A DNA stretch of 49,823 bases from positions 53,620,482 through 53,670,304 of the forward strand of contig NC_068981.1 of NCBI RefSeq assembly GCF_001194135.2, given 5' to 3'. The first letter of the stretch is position 1, and each line of letters begins with the position of its first letter. The notes under the pieces were generated by a model. That model was not told the origin of the DNA. It saw nothing but the letters and a program-made list of their open reading frames with translations, and did no database searches. Source of the DNA: Octopus bimaculoides (taxonomy: Eukaryota). The position numbers were made by a program, and so were the translations under genes. Positions 35,928 through 48,041 of the stretch are shown here, piece by piece.

Positions 35928-36156
35928 TTAATCCTTTAGTAGTCAAACCAGCTACATCTGGCCAAACTATTCTACCCGTTTTGTCTTCAAACCAGCCAGA
36001 TCAGGCTTCTCACACCTACCTTGCAATGTCATTCCAAAAATGAACAATAACATCATTGAAATCTCAAAGCTACAAGATAGTATACGGTGAAATTCAAACT
36101 AGTGTGAATACATATACATTATATTTGACAGAGTAATCTGAATGTCAAAGGGTTAA
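35928..36156. mobile_element. piggyBac-type MITE (same orientation as 6327)
   Basis: TTAA|TCCTTTAG ... TCAAAGGG|TTAA. Confidence 0.75.
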
Positions 36157-36247
36157 TGATAGAGATAGAAGTCATTTCCTTTTGTATTTACCATCCTCAT
36201 CTCAAAATGTTTTTACATTTTCTGGAAGGTTTTACAAATGTACCACC

Positions 36248-36453
36248 TGACTGGCCTTCGTGCCGGTGGCACGTAAAAGCACCCACTACACTCTCAGAGT
36301 GGTTGGCGTTAGGAAGGGCATCCAGCTGTAGAAACTCTGCCAAATCAGATTGGAGGCTGGTGTAGCCTTTGGGCTCCACCAGTCCTCAGTCAAATCGTCC
36401 AACCCATGCTAGCATGGAAAGCGAACGTTAAACGATGATGATGATGATGATGA
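36248..36453 (+). mobile_element. RTE-tail-derived repeat with (GAT)n tail
   Basis: Close reverse complement of 25311-25500. Confidence 0.8.
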
Positions 36454-36905
36454 CCTCAAACAGAGTTTTATTTGAATATCTTAATGCCAAACACTGAACA
36501 AGTAAAACAATCAAAATGACTAGACGAAGAGAAAGCTATCCCATCTAAGGACAGTACAATTCTTGTAGAAAGTTTGGTAACTTTGAGTGATTAGTCTAAA
36601 GGTTAGTGCACTAAACAGTCAGAAACTATGCCTCTGATATCTATTATCTTCTACTTGTTTCTGTCATTAGACTGCAGCCATACTGGGGCACCACTGCCTT
36701 GAAGACTTTTAGTTGAATAACTTGATCCCAGTATTTATTCCACCTCTTTTTGCTGAACCACTAAGCTACAGGGATGTAAACACACCAATACTGGTTGTCA
36801 AACAGTGGTAGGGGACAAACACAGACACAAAGACACACACACATATATATCTATTCGCCATGATAGATCGATAGCCACTACACATTCTTTTTTTCCCTCC
36901 TTGTT

Positions 36906-36943
36906 TCTTTCTGTGTAAGAGCGTAGACTCGAAACGTTAAAGA
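36906..36943 (+). ncRNA. Degenerate minimal hammerhead-like motif
   Basis: TCTTT-CTGTGTAA-GAG(CGTAGA)CTC-GAA-ACGT-T-AAAGA. Stems I, II and palindromic III are intact, but the CUGANGA core is altered. Confidence 0.4.
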
Positions 36944-37077
36944 CTTTTTCACTTTCCGAGCATTATACTAATACATCTGTTTGTTGTCTACACCACCTGT
37001 GTTCGTCTTTTGTTTTTTTTTTTGTGAATTCTTCCCCTATATATCTATCTACATATATATATATGTATATACACACA

Positions 37078-37234
37078 TGATGGACTTCCTTCAATTTCCA
37101 TCTATCAAATCCACTCACAAGGCTTTGATCCCCCAAGGTTCTAGTAGATGATACTTTCCCAAGGTGCCACACAGTGGGACTGAATCTGGAACCATGTGGT
37201 TGGGAAGCAAACTTCTTACCACACTGCCACACCT
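37078..37234 (-). mobile_element. CORE-like tRNA-SINE
   Basis: Reverse complement of the 9212 family. Confidence 0.65.
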
Positions 37235-37355
37235 GTGCATATACAAAACTAAAGACTAAAACAATATCAATAATATACACCCAAGGAACTATGTTTAAGC
37301 AACAAACAGAAAAAGGCTTCATGAAATTCTAAATATTAAATAGCTTAACACTTAC

Positions 37356-37455
37356 CTTGGGTTACGATTGTAGAACATAGGGTTTACAATGTAGTCATCA
37401 TTTGGACCCTTGGGTTTATCATTATCATCAGTGACTGATGTTGAAAGCCTTAATT
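37356..37455 (-). CDS. MRPL18: MRPL18 exon 2 (100 nt): (E)LRLSTSVTDDNDKPKGPNDDYIVNPMFYNRNP(R)
   Basis: Acceptor tttcag and donor AG|gtaag. Contains the F-x-NRNPR motif typical of metazoan MRPL18 (human EFTNRNPR, from memory). Phase 1 to 2. Confidence 0.93.
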
Positions 37456-39039
37456 CTGAAATAAGTAAAAATTCAAATATTAACACCCTTAGTTCAAAAA
37501 ATTAAAACCCTTTTGTGAATACTAGACAAAACACAAAATAATTCAATATGAAAGATGATGTAAATTTTATAAGGAGAGCACTGAATGGTAATAACACCCA
37601 TAGATATTTGGTTTTAGATGGCTTTAAATACAATATAGCAATAAGAATATGGTGCTGTGTTAAAAACCTTCAGTAAAATAGAGTCCACAGTCTTGTTCCT
37701 AAACTACATAAATAGTTCCATTAAAAATTTTAGGGAAAGTATGGGTGCCATAGAGGCTCCTAATTGCAACTGGTTAAGAAATTATTTCTGAATTCTTAGT
37801 GAAATGTAATGTTAAGAAGGCTCTTAAGTTTGCATTTCTCAGTAAATGAAGTGATACACTGAGCATCAAGGTAACTCTTAACTTTCCTTAGTTTTGTTTT
37901 CACATAAGAAGTATTCCATTATAATATTGGTTTGTTCATCCTTTCCACTTTTCTTAGATGAGGACTTATTAGAGGCAGGAATTTATGGTCAGATATACTC
38001 CCTGTTATCAACTCTTCCTTGTTTTTCAAATAATGGATTGTTTTATTCCACAAGTCTTCAAGAGCATAGGGTGACCAGTTATAATGTCATGATAGTATGT
38101 AAAACACCCCATTTAGATCAAACATATGTTCACACACATAAACCATGAGCTTCTTATAGCTTCCCTTCGCCAAATTCACTCACAAGACATTGGTTGGTTT
38201 CAGCTATAACAAAAGATGCATAGTCAATGTGCTCCACAGCAGTATTGAACATGAAACCACAGAATTGTAAAGCAAACCTTTTAACCACTAAGCCATGTCT
38301 TAAGTCTTACTCAAACATTAACCCTGTGAATTAATTCTGATATTTTACAAGGAAAGAAAGGCAGTAAGCAATATAACCAGTAATTTAGTTCACTTATAGA
38401 ACATGAAGACACATTTAAAGTAACAAATGTCATCTGTAATCTTACTCTGACCAGTTTAGCTACAACATCAGTATTTTCAAATTTGGAATTTTCTAAAATG
38501 GCATTTGATGTATAAAAGAAATGAAATTTTGGATTTAAATCTGTTATACTTTATTCAATGATATTCTCATTGTGTAAGAACATTATAAGGACAAATTCCT
38601 GGTAAACTTTCATGTTTCTTTTGTAGTCTGCTGGTAACACGAAGGGAAAAGCTATCATTAACATTTATGCAATGATACTTTAACCACTTGATATTATGAA
38701 GAGCAACAAAAGGCAGAATTGATAAAGTAACAAACGAAATACCAGTGGTATTTAGTTACAACCATTTACATTTCTAGTTCACATTCCACAAGGGTTGTCC
38801 TTGTCTCAATTCTTTCCAGTATCATCATTTTACATCTATTTATCCATGCTGGTATAGGGTGAATGGGTTTTCTGAGGCAGTTTTGTATGGCCAGAAACAC
38901 TTTCTGTTACCAATCCTTTTAGATGTCTCTTATTATATGTAGGAATATCATGTACTTCTTCTAAAATCAGGATACATTCAACAGTATCAGCTTTCCAGCA
39001 TAAATAAAATAAGTACCACTCAAATCATCATCATTATTA

Positions 39040-39370
39040 ACATTCCTATCTGCTCTCCATAGTGGCTTGAAGTGGATAGTTGGAAAGGATTTGGCAAGCG
39101 ACAGTACTGCATTTAGGTCCAATGTCAGCTTTGGCATAGTTTCCACAGCTGGATACCCTTTACAGTGTGTACTGGGTAATTTTTTCATTCCACTGGCACT
39201 AATAAGGCTGCCATATAGGAAAAAACCTCTTTCAACTATGTGGGAGGAGTATTTTGAGAGGGGGAAGGTGACTTTATGCCTGTTGCTGAGAGGTTAAAGT
39301 ATGATAGAGGAATAAGCACAGGTGTCTTGCTAGGTGGGAGGTACATGGAAGATTAGGAGTAGCTGGGAAG
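39040..39370 (-). mobile_element. RTE 3' UTR fragment
   Basis: Reverse complement matches 17850-17950 (AGCAAGACACCTGT...TACTTTAACCTCTCA). Confidence 0.55.
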
Positions 39371-39464
39371 AAGATAAAGATGGTAGTGTCAATATAACTG
39401 CCATTACCCTCACCCAAAATTTGAAGTATTGTCAGCAATAATAATAATAATACTAATAATAATC

Positions 39465-39680
39465 CCTTCTACTATAGGCACAAGATCTGAAATTTGGGGT
39501 AGGGGGACAGTCAACTGCATTGACCCCAGTGTTTCACTGATACTTAATTTGTTAACGCCAAAAGGATAAAAGGCAAAGTTGACCTCAGTGGAATTTAAAC
39601 TCAGAACATAGCGACTGGTGAAATACCACTAAGCATTTTGTCCAGTGAGCTAACAATTCTACCAGCTTGCCACCTTGAAT
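39465..39680 (-). mobile_element. Nin/Deu-like SINE (further copy at 41470-41630, partial at 43245-43350)
   Basis: Reverse complement of the 23598 family. Confidence 0.65.
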
Positions 39681-39994
39681 AATATTAATAATAATTGAGA
39701 CAATAGGTAAATATAAAACTAAGAATGAAAGAATGTTAATTCTAACATGAAACGCCTCTCTAGAGAATGCACAAATCTGTTAGTCTCTATATGGTCACTC
39801 AATCTGTTAGAAATAGCACACAAATCGCCTTCAAACTGCACCACTCCAAACTGAATAATGTAGTTCTAGTTAAACAGTGCTTGAAAAATGACCACAGATC
39901 TGTTCAAATAATGACAATGTAATGTGGATAACCACAAATCTAGTAGTCTTACAGAATGACTATGACATAGTTCATGTAGTTTACTGGTGATATA

Positions 39995-41091
39995 CAGTAG
40001 AATCTTGCAGTACGAGTGCCCCATTGTACGAGTAATTTGCTGTATGAACCAAGACTTGTGCAAATTTTTGTCTTAAAGTACGAGTGGAAATCTGCAGTAC
40101 ATGCACACAAATCATCCCATCATCATCATCATCATCGTTTAATGTCTGCTTTCCATGCTAGCATGGGTTGGACGATTTGACTGAGGACTGGTGAACCAGA
40201 TGGCTATACCAGGCTCCAATCTGATTTGGCAGAGCTTCTTCAGCTGGATGCCCTTCCTAATGCCAACCACTCCGAGAGTATAGTGGGTGCTTTTACATGC
40301 CACCGGCACNNNNNNNNNNTCCAATCTGATTTGGCAGAGCTTCTTCAGCTGGATGCCCTTCCTAATGCCAACCACTCCGAGAGTATAGTGGGTGCTTTTA
40401 CATGCCACCGGCACAAAGGCTAGTCAGGCGGTACTGGCAATGGCCACACTCAAAATGGTGTATTTTACGTGCCACCTGCACAGGAGCCAGTCCAGCATCA
40501 CTGGCAACGACCTCGCTCGGATGTCTTTTCATGTACCACCGGCACAAGTGCCAGTAAGGCGACGCTGGTAACAATCACACTCAAATGGTGCTATTTACGT
40601 GTCACTGGCACGGAAGCCAGACAGCTGCTCTGGCAACAATCATGCTCGACAGTGCTCTTAGCGCTCCACTGGTACAGGTGCCATCACAATTTCGCTTTCA
40701 CTTGCCCCAACAGGTCTTCGCAAGCCGAGTTTAGTGTCCAATGAAGGAGACGTTGGCATGGGTGCCAGTCACCGAATTCGGTTCGATTTCAATTTCACTT
40801 GCTTCAACAGGTCTTCACAAGCGGAGTTTAGTGTCAAAAGGTAACTCAGTTAATAAAACCAGGTTACATATTTCTTTTCCATTCTCTTTTTACATAATTG
40901 TCATTTTATTTGTAACTACACCTATTCTGTTTTAAAACAAAAAAAAAAAATTTTGAGTGGTTTTGGGGGGCTGGAACGGATCAATTATATTTTAATTAAT
41001 TTCAATGGGGAAAACTGATTTGTAAAACGAGTAAATCGTGAGACGAGCTCGGCCATGGAACGAATTAAACTCGTACTGCGAGGTATCACTG
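39995..41091. mobile_element. Tigger/pogo-type MITE with a nested RTE-tail element (40118-40832)
   Basis: TA|CAGTAGAATCTTGCAGTACGAGT ... ACTCGTACTGCGAGGTATCACTG|TA: 23-bp imperfect TIRs with TA TSD. Confidence 0.8.
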
Positions 41092-42439
41092 TATTATAAA
41101 TATGACGAACATATTATAACACATGATGGATATATTTATGTACTTTATACTCTTGGAAGCTATAACCATGAAAGTTTTAATCATTGGTAAATATCAATCA
41201 CGTTCGTTATACCACTAATATTTTGGCTTAAACATCACAACTGGTTATCCCACTCCTACAAAAATGTACGCTGTTTCTGAACATATAAAAGAAATCAAAT
41301 TTATTTTATAGCTTGATTTTTAGCTGTGATGACTATAACAGTAAATAATTTAAGAAGTTCAAATGTAGTCAATCTAAGGTACATAACTCTTCATTAGAAT
41401 AATATAAAAGTTACTTCCCTTGGATAATAACCTGTTTTAATGAGAGAAATAACGGGATAGCTTGATTTCAAAATTTGTCACAAGGCCAGCAAGTTCGGGG
41501 AGGAGGTAAGTCAATTTCATTGACATAAGTATCCAGCAGTTACTTATTTTATCAACCCCGAAAGAATAAAAAGCAAAGTCGACCTCGACTAACGTGAACT
41601 CAGAACATAAAGACGGACGAAATGCCGCTTACAATAGATTACAATTTTGAGTTACATCCCTTAACAATCTCTATGGAAATTTAATGAGGCTGACTTCAGC
41701 TTCACCGTAGTCAATAACATACATACTGTATGTTTACTAGATAGATTCTTGAATGTACTTCATTCCTAGTAATAATGGCAGTTAATCACTTTCAAAAGTA
41801 ATAAAAAAAAATTGCAACGGAACACCCAACGAATATATTTTTTCCGGTGCTTATAGACATTCGTAGCTCAAGGGAAATCACTGGGTCATTTTTAAACATG
41901 ATTTAGAGTCATAGACTTCTGAATAATTATGAAATAATTAAAATTAATTATTAATGATTTGATAATATAATTTACGTCAATTGAAATAATTGTTTAATAA
42001 ACGTGTATTTTCGTTTTCACACTTAATTTATAACACTACAAAATTTTCTTTTTTTATAATTATGTTTTTTGTATTCGGTCTCTGTTATTTCCTATTTGCT
42101 TCTATCTAGAAATCAAAGAAAATGACTACTATTCCTTTCAAACTTTACTTTTGTGACCTGGACATCAATGTTTTGAAATTGACCTATTTTCCCTTACAAT
42201 TCAGGGTTTTAATAAATGTAACAAAAGCAAAGTTTGAAGGAAATATTAGCCATTTTTTGTACTTTCTAGGAGTAGGCAAATAAGAAACAACAGTTGGTAC
42301 TCAAAGACAAAAATCATGTCACACAGCGTCATTTGTTATGGGGAAGGAGAGGGTAATCCTAGAACAAAATCACATGCCAGACAAATACAACTTCGAAAAA
42401 TAAAACAAAAAATGGCTTTTTGAAAAATTCTTCCTAGAA

Positions 42440-43420
42440 TCCAAATCTTTTCTGTTTGGCTGTCAGCATTTCAAAAATTAAAGTTTATCGAAAATTTTAA
42501 AATTTGGCAAGCTGAATTGCTGGAGTTATTTCACTTTTTCCAGAAAAATGTTTTAAAAAAATTATAGGGGTTTAAAGTTTGATCATTTTCACCCAGTCAG
42601 GAAACAGGATTTGGAAGCTGTCATTTTGTGCATGACTGCACATTTGTTGTTAACATCCTGAAAATAGCACGTTATCAATATTTGTATTCTACATGTGGAA
42701 AACAAGTAAACAACATGTCTTTTGCAGTTTGAAGCATTCAATATGCACTTAATGTGATAGCACAAACTTAAAAGATTTATCCAAAAATGTTATTTAGCTG
42801 TTATTTTCAGCACACCTCACAACCACCTCAATGACAAAAAGAAACATGTTAACATGTCTTTTGTAGCTTTAAGCATTCAATATGCATTTCATGCAATAGC
42901 ACAAACTGAAAAAGATTTATCTAACAACAAAATAGCACATTACAAATTAAATATTTTTAAAAAAGCAAACATTTTGTTGACCAGTTCATTGCAAATGAAA
43001 GTTAGAAATGCATTCAATCAATTTCTCGAACAAATCACAATTTTCATATCTCTTGCGCAACATAAATTCACAAGCTCAATTATCAACAGATAGGTAAAAC
43101 AAGTGGTTTCAATATATTTGTCAACACATGCTTTCTCACAAACAAAAGAGTTCCCATGTTCCGCTTGTTACTATGGAAACAGGCTTGAATGTATCTGTGG
43201 CTTACGATTGGCTAAAATTACCCAAAATTTTCGAACTTTAATTGCTAATAACTCTATAGGCACAAGGCCTGAAACTTGGGGCAGGGGGACAGTTTACATC
43301 AACCCCAATGTTTCACTAGTATTTAATTTATTAACCTCGAGAGGGGTTAATGAATATAACGAATATGAAATCAATTCGAACAGAAATTGATGCTGGCAGC
43401 CAAATGGAAAAGATCCGAGA
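42440..43420. mobile_element. Non-autonomous derivative of the Merlin family at 1168-2558
   Basis: Shares blocks such as TTTGATCATTTT..CCAGTCAG.AAAC, GATTGGCTAAAATTACCCAAAATTT and AACAAAT.ACAATTTT with copy 1. IR at 42447-72/43388-412. About 140-bp internal direct repeat (42711/42851). No transposase seen. Confidence 0.65.
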
Positions 43421-43819
43421 ATCTTCCTATTACTGAAAATATCAGCACAGAGAATATTGGTGAAACATTCCCATTAACCCTTTCAATACCAACCCAGCTG
43501 AAACTGCCCTTGGCTCTGAGTACAAATGCCTTGTTTTCATAAGTTTTGAATTAAAATCTTCCATCAAACCTTAGTCACAATTTATGTTCCTAACACTAGC
43601 TTAATGATAACTAAGTTATTTTACTAAATTCTTTGTTATTCTTTTACTTGTTTCAGTCATTTGACTGTGGCCATGCTGGAGCACTGCCTTTAGTCAAACA
43701 AATCAACCCCAGGACTTATTCTATCAGTCTCTTTTGCCGAACTGCTAAGTTACAGGGATGTAAACACACCAACATTGGTTGTCAAGTGATGGTGGTGGGA
43801 TAAACACACACACACACAC

Positions 43820-43890
<71 letters not shown>

Positions 43891-44059
43891 ACAGGTTTCT
43901 TTCAGTTACCATCTATCAAATCCACTCACAAAGCTCTGATCAACCCGAGGCTACAGTAGAAGAGACTTGCCCAAGGTGCCACACAGTGGCACATATACTT
44001 AGTGAATAAGACTATATTTATAAAATATCAGCTTGGACAATGTTTTCATGACTGTCAGA

Positions 44060-44420
44060 TCTCTTGGACAATTCTTTTTCAATTGCTGAGTTTGGAGTAA
44101 GAGTAGACCCTCTAAGACCAGTGAACTTGGTGCCAGTAGCATTCCCTTTAAAATGTTGCAGGTCAACATCTGCAGTAAAGACTGGACATAGTGTTTAAGA
44201 GGGATTGAATGCATAAGGGTAATATGAAGAGGACAGATGAGTGGGCTGAGGGTGCCTAAGTAGAAGAGGTATTAGGCCAGCTATCTTGAAAGAGCAGAGG
44301 CCATAACAGAATATTCGGAGAGAGGAGACAGTACCTTTGATGCTAGAGGCTAGTGTGTGTTTGTTAGTGACTGAATACCAATCGGTTAAGTGATACGTGT
44401 CTGGATGCAGTGCAGGATAT
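44060..44420 (-). mobile_element. CR1/L2-like LINE 3' remnant
   Basis: Degenerate L..RR.V..LSLFYRY..GLCS-like segment (HTLASSIKGTVSSLRIFCYGLCSF). Confidence 0.35.
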
Positions 44421-46621
44421 GTGTTCTTAGTAGCATTATTTCAGATTTGAGAGTACTCCATTGCTTTATTTGAACCTTGTAGAATGTTAGCAACCTTTGA
44501 AGGTTGAAATATTTTCTGACTCTGAAGAAAAGGCCAGTCTTTGAGATGTGATTCCAACTTGTTAAGTATGTGCTTTTACTAGGTCAGATACTCAGACATA
44601 ACGAAGCCCGGCATCTGGAGCAACTAAGAGAGCTCTAGCTAAGTGCTGTTTATGTTTAGTGTGGTATTAAATCATACTCCAAATTATCGCAAAAGGTGCA
44701 ATTTGTGAATGGAAACAAGCTTTACATAAGTGGAAAGATAGCTCCAAACATTAATATAAACAGTTGCTGCCTACTAACATTTTCGGTCACTTTGAATGTA
44801 ATGTTGGATAAATTACTAACAGTCGAATCATGTGGTATTCACATCTGTGAACTCGCTATACAGCAAATTTTATAATTATAAAAAGTGGCTAAAATTACAA
44901 CTTCGTTAGTAGACAATTCTCAGTTTTGAAATACAGATGTGGTTGGAAAGTGGCTCCTCGAAATAATGCATTACAACCATTTGGTAAAAGCTCCAAGACT
45001 GGCAAATCTGAAATATTGCACTAAGCTTTACCAACTCAAAGTAAACACTAATCTCTCAGTCTGAGAAGACATAAAAACATTAAAGTGATGTCACACCACC
45101 TTAAACTTGGAAACAAAAACAATTTTTTGAAAAATTGAAATTTTACAAACAATTTTTTCAGAATCGGATTCTACATAACCGAAAACGTGGGATTTCGTAA
45201 AAGAAAAATTAATATATATCCATTTTCCTGAAAGTTATGAGGGAAAAATCGGATCTTGTGAATTTTCCGAAAGTCCCCAGGTTCGTTTGCGCAGTTTCAC
45301 ACTTCTTGAAAAATGAATTTTTTTGANNNNNNNNNNNNNNNNNNNNNNNNNNNNNNNNNNNNNNNNNNNNNNNNAAAAAAAAAAAAAAAATTTTTAATTT
45401 CACTCCCCTTCCTCAATAAAATTTTTTTAGTTTGTTTACTTTAAAGAGATTGTAGTGAATTGACGAACATATGCAAATCGAAATTAAATACAGACAAAAA
45501 CATTATAGTGAAAAAAATTTGCGTTTTACTTGTGTTAGCTTTAAATAATCGCAAAAAATAATATAATGTAAATTAAATATATACCACATCCCCATGTGAG
45601 CGATTTTATGAGAAACAAACATCAATATTTCATAATTAATGTCATAAAGTTTAATAAGGTGCTAAAATTTCACCCCTTGCCCAATTTTAAATCTTGAACT
45701 TTTTCATCCATTTATTTATTTGTCTATCTATTTATCCCTATCCGTTTATTCATATTTGTCAACTAAATGTGGCGGTCCTATAGAAGACGGTGTTACTGTT
45801 GTTTTTAGCCCCAGGAAGACATTCATATCTATCTCTTTATACACCTATCTATATGCTTACTGAATTTAAAACTTTCAAAATGTGGTTTCTTGCATATCCA
45901 GAATCTCCATCATCTAAAACACAGGGGGGAAAAAATTTCGAAAAAGTTCAAAATTTTAAATGGGAAGGGGAGTGGCGGTGATGGTTTGGGTGGGGATAAA
46001 AATATTTTTTTGGCATATTCGTAATCTCCGACATCTAAAAAATAAGAATCTGAAAAACACTTTTCAAAAAAATGCATTTTTCAATGAGACGTGCCAAACT
46101 GCATTAGCTATTCGTTTTCACACGGTTAATATACAGACGTACGATCAGCAACACAATATTTGCTGTTTAACCCAAGGTCAGCCCTGATTGAGCAAACAAA
46201 TGATTAAAAGTGCTCAAGCCGTGAGTGCATTCCATGATTGATTTATTTATTTTAATTAGTAGGTACTAATTAGTATGCATCCAGGACCATCTTATGCTAT
46301 GTGTCCTGTTATTTCCAATTGTAAATATACACTTATTTTAATTGACTTCTAAATAATGAAAAGCAGTGATCCCTGAAAGGATTTGAATTCAGAACTCCTA
46401 GGTGTGGTAACAGAATATACTATTAATATGAAGGCGATACTGTGGCTTTCATTCTTTATCCTTGGGAAAGAGAATTAGATAACTAAATAAACAAAACAGA
46501 CATGGTCTACAACTATTTACAGCCTCTTAAGATATCTCTACAATGAATACGTGGAAGTCTTATAGTATGTGCAATGCTTTCGGCAACCTTAAAAACAAAT
46601 GAAATAGCCAGAATACTTTAC

Positions 46622-46697
46622 CGGTTGAAATTGGTAATTGTGTTTGTGTATTTAAAAGAGATACACAGCGACGTAATGACCTTAACGGCGCAGCCAT
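46622..46697 (-). CDS. MRPL18: MRPL18 exon 1 (76 nt): MAAPLRSLRRCVSLLNTQTQLPIST, mitochondrial transit-peptide-like
   Basis: Strong Kozak context gaagccATGG. Arg/Ser/Leu/Ala-rich N-terminus with no acidic residue. Donor G|gtaaag at 46621. Its phase 1 matches exon 2. Assigned by phase compatibility and composition, not homology. Confidence 0.8.
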
Positions 46698-47430
46698 GGC
46701 TTCACTGCCCCTTTTTATAAACACATAGGTTATATAAAACATAAAACGAAAACCTCGGAACGAAATTAGAGATTTACTTCTAATTTCTATAAATTTAATG
46801 ATTTGTATAAATTTAATAAAATAGAATAAGCTACCCCTATTTTGCAGAAAAAAGTGTTGGCGGCCAATTTATATAAATTCATAATTCTAAACTTTAATGA
46901 TAATTTCCTATTTTCGTTTTCTTTTTACCACTTAAATAATTAATGAAATATCACTGTCGACTATTTTTTAAAAATTATCTTTGAATTTGTATAGATTAAA
47001 TGGTTATTAGAATGTTAGATGTGAAAATAACGAGAATATTTTTGGTAGAGAAATCAAGTTTTTCAGGGACTGTAATAAATAAATAATTGAAGAACGTCTG
47101 AAATGAAATAACATCTGGTTTAGATTTTCATACTGCATCACTCAATTGACAAAAAATATCGTCAATGTTTAAAAAAATAGGAAACAAATTTTTACTGTCT
47201 GTATTTTGAAGTAAATATCAAAGTTTACTAAATCGATTATTTATAGTGGTACGAGTTGATTAAATTCTAAAATTGTTTTATATATTATAAAAATCTTTTG
47301 CATTAGCCCTGTGTTAACCATTCTTCTCAAAGGAGACATACGTATAGTTTCACCGGTTTCAAGAAGTTTACATTGAGCACGTGGATTGCGATAGACAACA
47401 ATTGTGTTTTGAGAAGATAAGCTGCGTACT
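46698..47430. promoter_or_regulatory. Putative MRPL18 promoter / possible bidirectional promoter region
   Basis: Lies directly upstream of the MRPL18 ATG. No recognisable TE, and CpGs appear more frequent by eye. E-box CACGTG at 47378-47383. A divergent ATG plus donor sits at 47431. Confidence 0.4.
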
Positions 47431-47689
47431 ATGGCGTAAGGAATCTATGACATTTTATTCGTTCTTTAGAAACCTTTAATTAAGCATTGTTGTCGTCTGT
47501 TTGACAAAATGTTTACACTTTCATTTATCAAAACAAGTCGATGTATTACTACTTTGTTTTTATACATATACATAGTATTTCATTGATTCATTCCTTAAAT
47601 AATTTGATTGTACAATAGTTGCCGGAATTATATACTTTTAGATCAGTGAAATTAATTTTTAAGAATAATTTTAAAGATGACTTTTTACT

Positions 47690-47733
<44 letters not shown>

Positions 47734-48041
47734 GAAATTATTGTGTACAGTGCTCAGGTGCACTACAGCTCATCAAACAAACTTTACTTTGAGAAAACCG
47801 TACTAGACGACGCCAGAGTTTATACTTTTTAAAAACCAGTTTTAACCTGTTGTGTCCTATGAAAGCTGTTTAAATAGAAAAACAAAATTAAAATCGTTTC
47901 ATCCATGACGTCTGTATGTATGAATTAACACTTTTTGTTAACGTGACACGCTAAAGTGAAATATCTTATCTCTAGCAGTTTCCTGTGAGTTTTACTTAAA
48001 TTTCGGTAAATTTTCAGATTAACACCTGCACGATTTTCACT

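Noticed and set aside
45075-46150. Probable non-autonomous DNA/Helitron-like element around the 48-N gap
   Set aside because: It looks repetitive, but no termini, TSD or coding motif could be fixed, so it is left unannotated.
46712-46720. TATAAAAAG upstream of the MRPL18 ATG
   Set aside because: Only about 22 nt from the ATG, so a TATA-directed start would fall inside the CDS. Probably chance in AT-rich DNA.
47731-47780. TTGATGAG plus hairpin (minus strand) next to (TA)n as a hammerhead
   Set aside because: No GAAA half-core follows the hairpin. Possibly a Penelope-like end, but unsupported.
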